The notes under the pieces: generated by a model | What the model saw: the letters and a program-made list of their open reading frames with translations, nothing else | The model's database searches: none | What the model was told of the DNA's origin: nothing | Shown: positions 10,766-23,225 of the stretch, piece by piece | Layout of the letters: each line of letters starts with the position of its first letter | How positions within the stretch are numbered: position 1 is the first letter of the stretch | Origin: Dipteris shenzhenensis | Taxonomy: Eukaryota | Length of the DNA: 64,000 nt | NCBI GenBank assembly: GCA_047967505.1 | Contig: CM106538.1 | Strand: one strand, 5' to 3' | Position numbers and translations under genes: made by a program

Positions 10766-11053
10766 TAGGTAAATATTAAATTTTTAATTTTAAGTCTTGT
10801 TTTCTTTATTTTACGTTATTTTTTCATAAACTTTAAGTTAAACTACTTTATAGTTTTTATTATTTAAATTCAAATTTATTAAGATTTTAACTTCTTATTA
10901 ATGTGAATGTAGGTAAATATTAAATTTTTAATTTTAAGTCTTGTTTTCTTTATTTTACGTTATTTTTTCATAAACTTTAAGTTAAACTACTTTATAGTCT
11001 TTATTATTTAAATTCAAATTTATTAAGATTTTAACTTCTTATTAATGTGAATG
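10766..11053. repeat. AT-rich tandem duplication (2 x about 144 bp), specific to copy A
   Basis: TAGGTAAATATTAAATTTTT...AATGTGAATG occurs twice here and once in copy B (about 37690-37835). Confidence 0.8.
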
Positions 11054-12082
11054 TTCAATTCTTATGAGTTGTAAGTAAATTAGTTTTTGAAAATATAAAT
11101 TTTATCTTTTTTAAAATGAGAAGGGGAAGGGAGAGAGAGAGAAGGGGGGGGCCACTGCCACGGCAGCGAGAGAGAATGGGGGGGGAGAGAGAGAGAAAGG
11201 GGTGGGAGGATGGGAGTGGGAGAGGGAGTGGGAATGGGGAAGGTGAAAGAATGGACGTGGGCATGGGAGTGAGAATGGGGAAGGTGGGGTGGGAGGATGG
11301 GGGCGGCAGCGAGAGAGAAGGGGGGGGAGAGAAGGGGGGGAGAGAGAGAGAAAGGGGTGTGAGTTTAAAAAAGATAAAATAGAAATTTTATCTTTTTTAA
11401 ACTCACAACCTTAGTGTATTAAAAAGAATAATGGAAAATATATTATTTTTTTCTTTTAATTCGCAACCTAAGGATATTAAAAAGAACAATGGAAAAGAAA
11501 TTATTTCTTGCTTTTCTTCGCTTCGACGGTTGGTGTAGTCTAGATTAGCATAGATTAGTTTGTCCTTAGAGGAGAGAACTCCAAAAAAACCAATCAAAGC
11601 CATGCTCAAAATTTCCCGACTAGTTCCTAATCGGAGTCAGTCCATTCGTTCACATTCGGTTTCACAGTCACAACAACCCTACCATTTAAGCAACGATTAA
11701 GGTTTTTAAACTTTCAAGATGATTGAAAGTTGTATCAGTGGACATGACAGATTAGACTTATATCAGTTGCGGGAGTTGACAGAGCATTTTGCACTTATAT
11801 ATGACAGACTTCAAATTTGTATTCAGAGATCATTGTAAATCCTTATTTTTTTTCACATTTATGCTCTAAGCCTTGTAAAGCCTTTTAGGCTATTCCCAAA
11901 GCATTTATGCTCTAAGCCTTGTAAAGCCTTTTAGGCTATTCCCAAAGCATGAAATTGATACTTATATGATTGGGAAGAATAAAAACTTGAGGTGTATTAA
12001 TGGGACTCATTGTACTTTTGATTTTTCAAAGTAATTGTAGTTTGTCAAAGTACTTAAAATTTGTGTTGTGCTTGAATACAGG

Positions 12083-12614
12083 ATGGATCTTGAGGCTACA
12101 GCATTTGTCAATGGTATGACACTGAAATACAATGGAAGAATTTATGCCTCACAAACTGGACAGTTGTTGACACAACAAAGAAAGCATGGTTCTTGGTCTT
12201 AAGTAAAGGAAATCTCATTCTAGTGATGAAAAAGAGAGAGTTGGAGAAAGATGAGTGCACATCAAATGTATCTTTCTCAAAGAGCAATTTGATTCAAGGG
12301 GGCACCTTAGTAGGAATAAAAATTGAAAAAGACAGCCGTACAATGATGATTTACACAAAGTCAAGAATGAGCAACAGATTGTTTCTTCTTTCTAAGAAAG
12401 ATGCAATGCACTTTGTGATGCCGCCGCCAAAAGCACCTAGATTTCCTGAATTGGTTCCTGCATTGGAGATCCTTCAACATGTGTGGGAGGAATTTCCCAT
12501 TGAGGAAGCAAGAAAAATGCAGTCAAAGATTATCCTTGAATACTTTCAGGGTGTCATCCAACAAGGTTCAACTTCATTGGAGGGACCTAAGGTGCAAGAA
12601 TCCACACATGAGAA
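12083..12614 (+). pseudogene. 5' fragment of the cargo gene in copy A
   Basis: MDLEATAFVNG...LQHVWEEFPIEEARKMQSK...STHE matches 36909-36368. It has a 10-bp deletion near 12148 relative to copy B and is truncated by copia. Confidence 0.85.
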
Positions 12615-15600
12615 TTTTTCGTAGTGACAGAACATTTTGCAGTGTTCTGTAATGGCGTCTGATTCTCTTTCACAGATTTTCATAGAAAAGCTTGACAAGA
12701 ACAACTTCCAGGCATGGAAGTTTAGAATGACGAATTTCCTTATGGGAAAAGGCTATTGGGAGTTCATTATAGGAAAGGAAGAAGAACCAGTTCTTCCTAA
12801 TGTTCCCAATCAACAGGAAATGCAGGCATTTAAAGGATGGCATGAGAGAGCCAGAAAAGTTATGTACTGGCTATCTATCAGTATTTCGGATTCTATGATT
12901 GTGCATATTCAGGATGCAAGTACGCCGAAGGAGGCACGGGATACCTTGGCAAAAATGTACAGCACAAATACCAAGCCAGGAAAATGTAGCTCAAACAGGA
13001 GTTGCATAATGTGCAGAGAGAAAATTTGAGCATAAATGACTACCACATGAAGGTGAAGAAAATTGCAGATGCACTTGCTTCCATTGGGTCGCTAGTGGAA
13101 GATGATGATCTAGTTTCTGTGACCTTGAATGGTCTAGGAAAGGATTATGCACAGTTCCGGACATCCATTGCCGTCCGTGAAAAATTTCCTGATTTTGAAG
13201 AGTTGTTTGCTCTTCTAATTTCTGAAGAGCAGAGAAATGGGGGTGCATCTTCTTCAGGAGGAACTTCAAAAGAAACTGTCTTCTACTCAAATGCTGGAAG
13301 AGGTAGAGGTAGAGGTAGAGGAGAGGAGGACGATCTGCAGGCCATGGTAGAAATTAGAATATGCAGCAAACTCAAGAAAACCAGTCCTATGGAGGAGGAC
13401 ATGGTAACTCTAGAGGCAAGGGGAGCGAAAGAGGCCGTGGTGGATGGCAGAGAGGCCAAAATGCAAACAACAATGTTGAATGCTACTACTGTGGTAAAAT
13501 GGGTCATATGGCTAAGGACTACTACAAAAAGCAGAATCACATTATGAATGGAAAATTGGAGCAAGGTAATTATGCATCTTCTAGTAGACAAGGTGATGAC
13601 AGAAATGAGCATCTATTTATGGTGCAGCACATGACCAATTCTGTGACAAGTGCAGAAGAACAAAATGATGTGTGGTATGTTGACTCAGGTGCGTCAAACC
13701 ACATGACAGGTCATGCAGAGTGGATGCAGGATGCAAGGAAAATTGAAAAACTAGGATTTGTCGAGACTGGTGATGATACTACACATCCTATTGTGCAGAT
13801 TGGTAAAATTCCTTTGTCTATGCAGGATGGGAAAAATAAATAGCTATCTAATGTATTTCATGTCCCAAACATCACCAAGAACCTAGTTTCTATTGGTCAA
13901 ATGGTTGAGTAGGGCTTGCAGGTCAGATTTAATCCTCATGGATGCTTTGTTGAGGATATGAAAAATAACGGTCGCTTGATAGCAAAAGGAAAGAAGAAGG
14001 GCGGGATGTTTACGTTGGATGCGGACATGCCTGAATTGAGTGTAGCAATGTTTGCACATGGGATCAGTGTAGTTGCAGATATTGATATCTGGCATAAACG
14101 CATTGGTCATGTTAATATACAGTGACTTAAATCAATGCAAGCCCAAAATATTGTTGCAGGATTGCCTAAATTCAAGGTTGTAGAAATGCATAAGGTTTGT
14201 GAAGCCTATCAATTTGGAAAACAGGTAAGGAAACCATTTCCTAGACGTGTTCAAGAGAGTAAAAAGCCATTGGAATTAATCCACTCTGATGTGTGGACTA
14301 CTAAAGTTGCATCTATTGGAGGCTGTCACTATTTTGTCACTTTTATTGATGACTTCAACAGAAAAGTTTGGGTGTATTTTATGAAAAAGAAAAGTGAAGT
14401 GATTGGGCACTTCAAAGCTTTTAAAGCTATGGTTGAAAAAGAAACAGGCCTACAAATAAAATGCCTAAGGTCAGATGGAGGGGAAGAGTACCTCTCAAAT
14501 GAGTTTGCAAGGTTCCTACAGGAGCATGGCATAGAGCAGCAATATTCATGCAGTCATACCCCACAGCTAAATGGAATTGCAGAAAGGAAAAACAGGCATA
14601 TTGGAGAGGTATCTCGCGCCATGCTAAATGAAAAAGATCTACCAGATTATTATTGGGCTTAAGCAGTTGCTATAGCAGTTTACATAATGAATAGGACTCC
14701 CACTGCAGCAATACATGGCATGATGCAAGAGGAGATGTATACTGGTAGGAAACCAGACATTTCTTATCTGAAAATTTTTGGTTGCATTGCCTATGTTCAT
14801 GTGCCAGATGAGTTGAGGTTTAAGTTGGATCCGAAAGCTGAGAAGTGCGTCTTTATTGGTTATTCTTTGCAGCAGAAAGGGTATAGATGCTATAACCCTT
14901 CTACTCGTAAGTTTACAGTGAGCAGAGATGTTGTTTTTGATGAGATGAGCAGTTGGTGTAAACCAGTAAATGTGATGATTGATGTAGATGCACAAAATGG
15001 TAATGTTGCACAGAATTCAATGCAACTGTCACAAAATATCAGTGGACCTACAGTGTCCTCTAGCAGTGGTTCAAATACTTTGCCATGGACAGGCAGATTG
15101 AGATCAGGAGAATCTCCTCAAAGCAATGCAGATAGTGGTACGCAAGTATCACGAAAAGGAAAAGAGAAGGTAGATCAGCCCATGTTTGATGTGAATGCAG
15201 GTCACTCTTATGTGGATGGTGAATCCAGTGGCTCAGAATAGAGCATTGATGATGAGTTGGTTATTCCTTCTGTTGTTACACCTGGAGTAAGGAAGACCAG
15301 GGATGTTTTGAGAGCACCTAGAAGTGAGCCTATTTTACACAGGTCTACCAGAGCTAGGTATCCTGTGGATAGGCTGAAATATTATGGATTTACAGCCATT
15401 CACTATGCCTATATGGTCAAAGTGATACAAGAACCAGAACCCACTTCGTTTGAGCAAGCCATGGGAAATGAAAAATGGGAGAAAGCCATGGATGAAGAAA
15501 TGGATGCCTTGGAAGCAAATGCCACATGGGAATTGGTGCCTTTGCCTAAAGACAACAATGCAATTGGCTGTAAGTGGGTTTATAAGATCAAGCACAATGC

Positions 15601-17332
15601 AGATGGTTCTGTGAATAGATACAAGTCAAGATTAGTTGTCAAGGGGTATGCACAAACATATGGAATTGATTATGAAGAAACATTCAGTCCAGTTGCAAGG
15701 ATGGCAACTGTAAGAGTAGTCATTGCTATGGCTGCATCAAAGGGATGGTCTTTACATCAGATGGATGTAAAGAATGCCTTCTTGCATGGTGATTTGCAAG
15801 AAGAGGTCTTTATGGAGCAGCCACCAGGTTATGTTCATGCTATTCATCCTGAGTTTGTTTGCAGGTTGAAGAAAGTGTTGTATGGCTTGAAGCAAGCACC
15901 TAGAGCATGGTCTGACAAGATAGGACAGTATCTTGTCACTATTGGCTTTCAGATTTCCAAGGTAGATTTCTCACTCTATGTGAGAAAAACAGAGAAACGT
16001 ATTATGCTGCTTGTGATTTATGTTGATGATTTGATCATCACAGGTGATAGTGATGAAGATATCCTTCATGTGAAAATGCTATTGAAGCAGAAGTTTGAGA
16101 TGAAGGATTTGGGAGAGCTGCGTTATTTCTTGGGCATTGAGGTGATTAGATCACCAAGTGGGATACAGCTCTTGCAGAGGCAATATGGATTGGACATGTT
16201 GTCCAAATATGGGATGACAGGCTGTAAGCCTATTTCAGTTCCTTTGGAGCAGAATGTGAAGCTGAGCACAGATGCAAGTGAGCTTCTGGAAGACCCTACT
16301 ATGTACAGACGCATAGTAGGAAGTTTGATTTATATGACTATTACCAGGCAAGATTTAAGCTATGCTGTTGGATTGGTAAGTCAGTTTATGCAAGCTCCAA
16401 GGAAACTGCATTTGGATGCGACTAGACGCATACTCAGGTATGTGAAGTCCACATTACAATATGGACTATTTTATGAGGCTGGGTTTCAGATACAGTTGCA
16501 TGGATACACTGATGATGATTGGGCTGGTAGTACTTCTCATGGACGATCTACTAGTGGATATGTGTTCTCTTTTGGGAGTGTTGTAGTCACTTGGAGCAGC
16601 AAGAAATAGCCTACAGTTGCCTTGTCGAGCACAGAGGCTGAGTACAGGGGTGCAGCAATGGCTGCATGTGAGATAGCTTGGTTGCATAAGCTACTTTATG
16701 ATATGCATCAGTCTACAGATGGGCCAATTGTCATTTATTGTGACAACATGAGCAATATACACTTGGCAAATAACCCAGTCTATCATGCTAGAACAAAGCA
16801 CATTGAGGTGCATTATCACTATGTGCGGGAGAAGGTTTTACTAGGTCTTATTGATCTAGTTTATGTCAGCACAGAGGATCAGGTAGCTGACATATTCACA
16901 AAGGCATTGGGCATAGAGAAGCTGCGTAAGTTCAGAGACTTGCTTGGTGTGCAAGAATTGGGATTGAGCTTGAGGGGGAGTGTTGAGATATCGAGCTCCA
17001 CTCGTGATATGCCAGGGTGACCGTTGTGCATTTATGTCACCGACTTGTTAGCTGCAGATGCGGTTGGTACATCGCCCACGAATAATAGCTAGATGACAGC
17101 TATCCTTATCTACTCTAGTTCGTGGCTCAGTTAGTATGCCACCTTAGTTAGTTGAGTTTGGTTTGAGACCCATATATAGGGTTCTTCTATTTCTTTGTAC
17201 TTGAGTTCTTTTGGCTTTCACAACTAAGAAGAGGAAAACTGTTTTCAGCCTCCACTTGTGTGTGTATTCCCCCATTGTGTATGTGAGAAAGCCGCAAGTG
17301 AGACTCCTTCCCTCTCTCCCACTATCTTCACA
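12615..17332 (+). mobile_element. Ty1/copia family 1, copy 1: no 5' LTR or PBS, gag-pol decayed, 3' LTR present
   Basis: gag (KLDKNNFQAWK), zinc knuckle, protease WYVDSGAS, integrase HSDVW/RSDGGEEY, RT YVDD and RNase H ADIFTKAL, with many stops. PPT GAGGGGGAG precedes the LTR. Confidence 0.95.
16981..17332 (+). repeat. 3' LTR of copia family 1 copy 1
   Basis: TGTTGAG...TCTTCACA, homologous to 17870-18222 and 23186-23538. Confidence 0.93.
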
Positions 17333-18222
17333 GAGATTGTGGACATGGAGGTAGAGGCAGAGATCTTGAAATTGCATAGGACTGATGTCAGGGTTGAAGA
17401 CAATCTGATTGGTCAGATTGTGGAGGCAATCATTGAGGGGGCAACTATGGGTGGGGAGGTCGCGAAGGAGTAAGAGGAGAAGGCGGCTGAAGTGGACCAT
17501 TGCCACGATGATGGGATCAACAAGTCCTGAGCCGTATGTGTCGTTGAATGAGTGGAGGCAGAAGCAAAATCCCTTCTGAGTCATTTCTTTGGGAAAGTTG
17601 TACTTTAAAAAATTGTACAACATATTAGGGTCATTTTTCTAGAGCTCTTGGAATTCCACCCAAGTCCATCATCATTCCATTGGCATGTATGAGGGGTGGA
17701 TCTAGCGATCGACATGGGCACTGCAGTAGTACTACCAAAACTGCTCCATCTTGAGGAAGGGAATGCGCCAGCGAGTATGTATACCAGCATCTACATTGGT
17801 CCGTGGGACTAGAGCATCAGGGGCTAGGTGGTATCGTCCTCTTTTACACTTTAGATGTGTGCATCACTATGTTGAGATATCGAGCTCCACTCGCAATATG
17901 CTAGGGTGACCGTTGTGTATTTATGTCACCGACTTGTTAGCTAGAGATGAGGTTGGTACACCGCCCACGAATAATAGCTGGATGACAGCTATCCTTATCT
18001 ACTCTAGTTTGTGGCTCAGTTAGTATGCCACCTTAGTTAGTTGAGTTTGGTTTGAGACCCACATATAGGGTTCTTCTATTTTCTTTGTACTAGAGTTCTT
18101 TTGGCTTTCACAACTAAGAAGAGGAAAACTGTTTTCAGCCTCCACCTTTGTGTGTATTCCCCCATTGTGATTGTGAGAAAGCCTCAAGTGAGACTCCTTC
18201 CCTCTCTCCCACTATCTTCACA

Positions 18223-18235
18223 TGGTATCAGAGCC
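18223..18235 (+). promoter_or_regulatory. Primer-binding site complementary to the initiator tRNA-Met 3' end
   Basis: TGGTATCAGAGCC directly after the 5' LTR. Confidence 0.92.
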
Positions 18236-18713
18236 TTGTTCGTGGTAAGGAGCTCAAGAAAGCAAACCAAGTTCGCAGTGTCCTGGTAAGAGGGACAAGT
18301 GTTGTTTTCCTTTTTCGAGTTTGGGAGCAAATCTCTGTAGGTAGCACAGCCGGAAGTGCAAGAGTGCACTGTCTCAGATTGAGACGCCCTTCGCGGTGTG
18401 GCAAGAGGACTTTATTTTTCTGATTCGAGGTCATTTCGGGGCCCGTTTTGGAGGCGGATGTTCTCCGCAGGCACTCAGAAAAAGGCCCTGTTTTTGCTGT
18501 GCGACCACTACTCGGCTAGTCGATGAAAAGCTACCACAGAAATTGCATCATATGCCTGTGTGCAGAGATTTTTGGAGTTGCAGATTCATGCTTGTTGCCT
18601 GTTGATGCAAAATCGTCACTAGGAAGTGACTGTGTGGTAAAATACCACTTTCGTCAGTTTTGCAGATCTGCCCGCGTGAGGCAAAAGCTGTGTTTTTGCA
18701 GTGACAAAATATT

Positions 18714-21700
18714 TTGCAGTGTTCTGTAATCGCATCTGATTCCCTTTCACAGATTGTCACTGGAAAGCTTGACAAGAACAACTTCCAAGCATGGAAGTTT
18801 AGAATGACGAATTTCTTGATGGGAAAAGGCTACTGGGAGTTCATTACAGGAAATGAAGAAGAACCAGTTCTTCCTAATGTTCCCAATCAACAGGAAATGC
18901 AGGCATTTAAAGGATGGCATGAGAGATCCAGAAAAGTTATGTACTAGCTGTCTATCAGTATTTCAGATTCAATGATTGTGCATATTCAGGATGCAAGTAC
19001 GCCAAAGGTGGCATGGGATACTTTGGCTAAAATGTACAGCACAAATACGCAAGCCAGGAAAATGCAGCTCAAGCAGGAGCTACACAATGTGCAGAGAGAA
19101 AATATGAGCATCAATGACTACCACATGAAGGTGAAGAAAATTGCGGATGCACTTGCTTCCATTGGGTCGCCAGTGGATGATGACGATCTAGTTTCTGTGA
19201 CCTTGAATGGTCTAGGAAAGGATTATGCACAGTTCCGGACATCCATTGCCATCCGTGAAAAATTTCCTGATTTTGAGGAGTTGATTGCTCTTCTAATTTC
19301 TGAAGAGCAGAGAAATGGTGGTGCATCTTCTTCAGCAGGAACTTCAAAAGAAACTGTCTTCTACTCAAATGCTGGCAGAGGTAGAGGCAGAGGTAGAGGA
19401 GGCCGATCTGCAGGCCGTGAGTTCTTCACTAAGTAGAACTGACTGAAGTTCTTCTAGTGTTGGAATTTGCCATTGGATGGCAATACTCTAGACTAGATTC
19501 TCATATCCTTCTCCTAGTCCATTCAGGATAACCTGAACCATTTTTGTGGGATTCGAAATCAGAATATGCAGCAAATGCAAGAAAACCAGTCCTATGCAGG
19601 AGGACGTGGTAACTCTAGAGGCAGGGGGAGCCAAAGAGGTCCTGGTGGATGGCAGAGAGGCCAAAATGCAAACAACAATGTTGAATGCTACTACTGTGGT
19701 AAAATGGGGCATATGGCTAAAGACTGCTACAAAAAGCAGAATGACATTATGAATGGAAAATTGCAGCAAGGCAATTATGCATCCTCTAGTAGACAGGGTG
19801 ATGACAGAAATGAGCATTTGTTTATGGTGCAGCATATGACAAATTCTGTGACAAGTGCAGAAGAAAGCAATGATGTGTGGTATGTTGACTCAGGTGCGTC
19901 AAACCACATGACAGGTCATGCTGAATGGATGCAGGATGCAAGGAAAATGGAAAAACCAGGATTTGTGGAGACTGATGATGATACTGCACATCCTATTGTG
20001 CAGATTGGCAAAATTCCTTTGTCTATGCAGGATGGGAAAAAGAAATACTTGTCTGATGTATTTCATGTCCCAAACATCACTAAGAACCTGGTTTCTGTTG
20101 GTCAGATGGTTGAGCAGGGCTTGCAGGTCAGATTTAATCCTCATGGATGCTTTGTTGAGGATATGAAAAATAATGGTCGCTTGATAGCAAAAGGAAAGAA
20201 GAAGGGCAGGATGTTTACGTTGGATGCGGACATGCCTGAATTGAGTGCAGCAATGTTTGCACATGGGACCGGTGTAGTTGCAGATATTGATATCTGGCAC
20301 AAACGCATTGGTCATGTTAATATACAGCGACTTAAATCAATGCAAGCCCAAAATATTGTTGCAGGATTGCCTAAATTCAAGGTTGCAGAAATGCACAAGG
20401 TTTGTGAAGCCTGTCAATTTGGGAAACAGGCAAGGAAACCATTTCCTAAGCATGTTCAAGAGAGTAAAAAGCCATTGGAATTAATCCACTCTGATGTGTG
20501 GACTACTAAAGCTGCATCTATTGGAGGCTGTCACTATTTTGTCACATTTATTGATGACTTCAGCAGAAAACTTTGGGTGTATTTTATGAAAAAGAAAAGT
20601 GAAGTGTTTGGGCACTTCAAAGCTTTTAAAGCTATGGTTGAAAAAGAAACAGGCCTGCAAATAAAATGCCTAAGGTCAGATGGAGGGGGAGAGTACCTCT
20701 CAAATGAGTTTGCAAGGTTCTTGCAGGAGCATGGTATAAAGCAGCAATATTCATGCAGTCATACCCCACAGCAAAATGGAATTGCAGAAAGGAAAAACAG
20801 GCATATTGGAGAGGTATCTCGAGCTATGATAAATGAAAAAGATCTACCAGATTATTATTGGGCTGAAGCAGTTGCTACAGCAGTTTATCTAATGAACAAG
20901 ACTCCCACTGCAGCAATACATGGCATGACGCCAGAGGAGATGTATACTGGTAGGAAACCAGATATTTCTCATTTGAAAATTTTTGGTTGCATTGCCTATG
21001 TCCATGTGCCAGATGAGTTGAGGTCCAAGTTGGATCCAAAAGCTGAGAAGTGCGTCTTTATTGGTTATTCTCTGCAGCGGAAAGGGTATAGATGCTATAA
21101 CCCTTCTACACGTAAGTTCACAGTGAGCAGAGATGTTGTTTTTGATGAGATGAGTAGCTAGTATAAACCAGTAAATGTGATGATTGATGTAGATGCACAA
21201 AATGGTAATGCTGCACAGAATTCACAGCAGCAATCACAAAACATCAGTGGACCTAGAGCGTCCTCTAGCACTGGTTCACATACTTCGCCATGGACAGGCA
21301 GATTGAGATCAGGAGAATCTCCTCAAAGCAATGCAGAGAGTGGTATGTAGGTATCACGAAAAGGAAAAGAGAAGGTAGATCAGCCCATGTTTGATGTGAA
21401 TGCAGGTCACTCTTATGTGGATGGTGAATCCAGTGGCTCAGAGCAGAGCATTGATGATGAGTTGGGTATTCCTTCTGTTGTTACACCTAGAGTAAGGAAG
21501 ACCAAGGATGTTTTGAGAGCACCTGGAAGTGAGCCTATTTTGCACAGGTCTACCAGGGTTAGGTATCCTATGGATAGGCTAAAATATGATGGATTTACAG
21601 CCATTCACTATGCATATATGGTCAAAGTGATACAGGAACCAGAACCCACTTCTTTTGAGCAAGCCATGGGAAATGAAAAATGGGAGAAAGCCATGGATGA

Positions 21701-23225
21701 AGAAATGGATGCCTTGGATGCTAATGCTACATGGGAATTGGTGCCTTTGCCTAAAGGCAAGAATGCAATTGGCTGTAAGTGGGTTTATAAGATCAAGCAC
21801 AATGCAGATGGTTCTGTGAATAGATACAAGGCAAGATTAGTTGTCAAGGGGTATGCACAGACATATGGCATTGATTATGAAGAAACTTTCAGCCCGGTTG
21901 CAAGGATGGCAACCGTAAGAGCAGCCATTGCTATGGCTACATCAAAGGGATGGTCTTTACATCAGATGGATGTAAAGAATGCCTTCTTGCATGGTGATTT
22001 GCAAGAAGAGGTCTTTATGGAGCAGCCAGCAGGTTATGTTCATGCTATTCATCCTGAGTTTGTTTGCAGGTTGAAGAAAGCCTTGTATGGCTTGAAGCAA
22101 GCACCTAGAGCATGGTCTAACAAGATAGGACAGTATCTTGTCACTATTGTCTTTCAGATTTCCAAGGTAGATTTCTCACTCTATGTGAGAAAAACAGAGA
22201 AAGGGATTATGCTGCTTGTCATTTATGTTGATGATTTGATCATCACAGGTGATAGTGATGAAGATATCCTTCATGTGAAAATGCTATTGAAGCAGAAGTT
22301 TGAGATGAAGGATTTGGGAGAGCTGCGTTATTTCTTGGGCATTGAGGTGATTAGATCACCAAGTGGGATACAGCTCTTGCAGAGGCAGTATGGATTGGAC
22401 ATGCTGTCCAAATATGGGATGACAGGCTGCAAGCCTATTTCAGTTCCTTTGGAGCAGAATGTGAAGCTGAGCGCAGATGCAGGTGAGCTTCTGGAAGACC
22501 CTACTATGTACAGACGCATAGTAGGAAGTTTGATTTACATGACTATTACCAGGCCAGATTTGAGCTATGCTGTTGGGTTGGTAAGTCAGTTTATGCAGGC
22601 TCCAAGGAAACCGCATTTGGATGCGGCTAGACGCATACTCAGGTATGTGAAGTCCACATTACAATATGGACTATTTTATGAGGCTGGGGTTCAGATACAG
22701 TTGCATGGATACACTGATGCTGATTGGGCTGGTAGCATTTCTGATAGACGATCTACCAGTGGATATGTGTTCTCTTTTGGGAGTGCTACAGTCACTTGGA
22801 GCAGCAAGAAACAGCCTACAGTTGCCTTGTCGAGCACAGAGGCTGAGTACAGGGGTGCAGCAATGGCTGCATGTGAGGTAGCTTGGTTGCATAAGCTACT
22901 CTATGATATGCATCAGTCTACAGATGGGCCAGTTGTCATTTATTGTGACAACATGAGCAGCATACACTTGGCAAAGAACCCAGTCTTTCATGCTAGAACA
23001 AAGCACATTGAGGTGCATTATCACTATGTGTGGGAGAAGGTTTTACTAGGTCTTATTGATCTAGTTTATGTCAGCACAGAGGATCAGGTAGCTGACATAT
23101 TCACGAAAGCATTGGGCGCAGAGAAGCTGCGCAAGTTCAGAGACCTGCTTGGTGTGCAGGAATTGGGATTGAGCTCGAGGGGGAGTGTTGAGATATCGAG
23201 CTCCACTCGCGATATGCCAGGGTGA
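18714..23225 (+). pseudogene. gag-pol: Copia gag-pol polyprotein (GAG-PR-IN-RT-RH) with in-frame stops and an insertion
   Basis: ORF pieces 18714-18947, 18972-19436, 19566-21161 and 21387-23225 carry CYYCGKMGHMAKDC, DSGAS, the integrase core, YVDD and DADWA. Confidence 0.93.

Larger units (their letters stand above)
541..12614 (-). mobile_element. TIR DNA transposon copy A (Sola-like), one end only, truncated inside the cargo gene
   Basis: Starts with the same 26-bp TIR as 28936 and 46624, with flank AATT. It is the reverse complement of about 36368-46624 over its length. Homology stops at ...CACACATGAGAA (12614), where copia sequence begins. Confidence 0.9.

Noticed and set aside
541-12614. 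Inverted duplication as an assembly artefact
   Set aside because: The copies differ by many substitutions, private indels, array structure and flanks. Read-level confirmation is still desirable.
17865-17869. CACTA element terminus (also the CACT within the AACACT TIR)
   Set aside because: CACTA here is the 5-bp TSD of a copia element. The TIR element starts AACAC, has a 4-bp TSD and lacks TnpD motifs.
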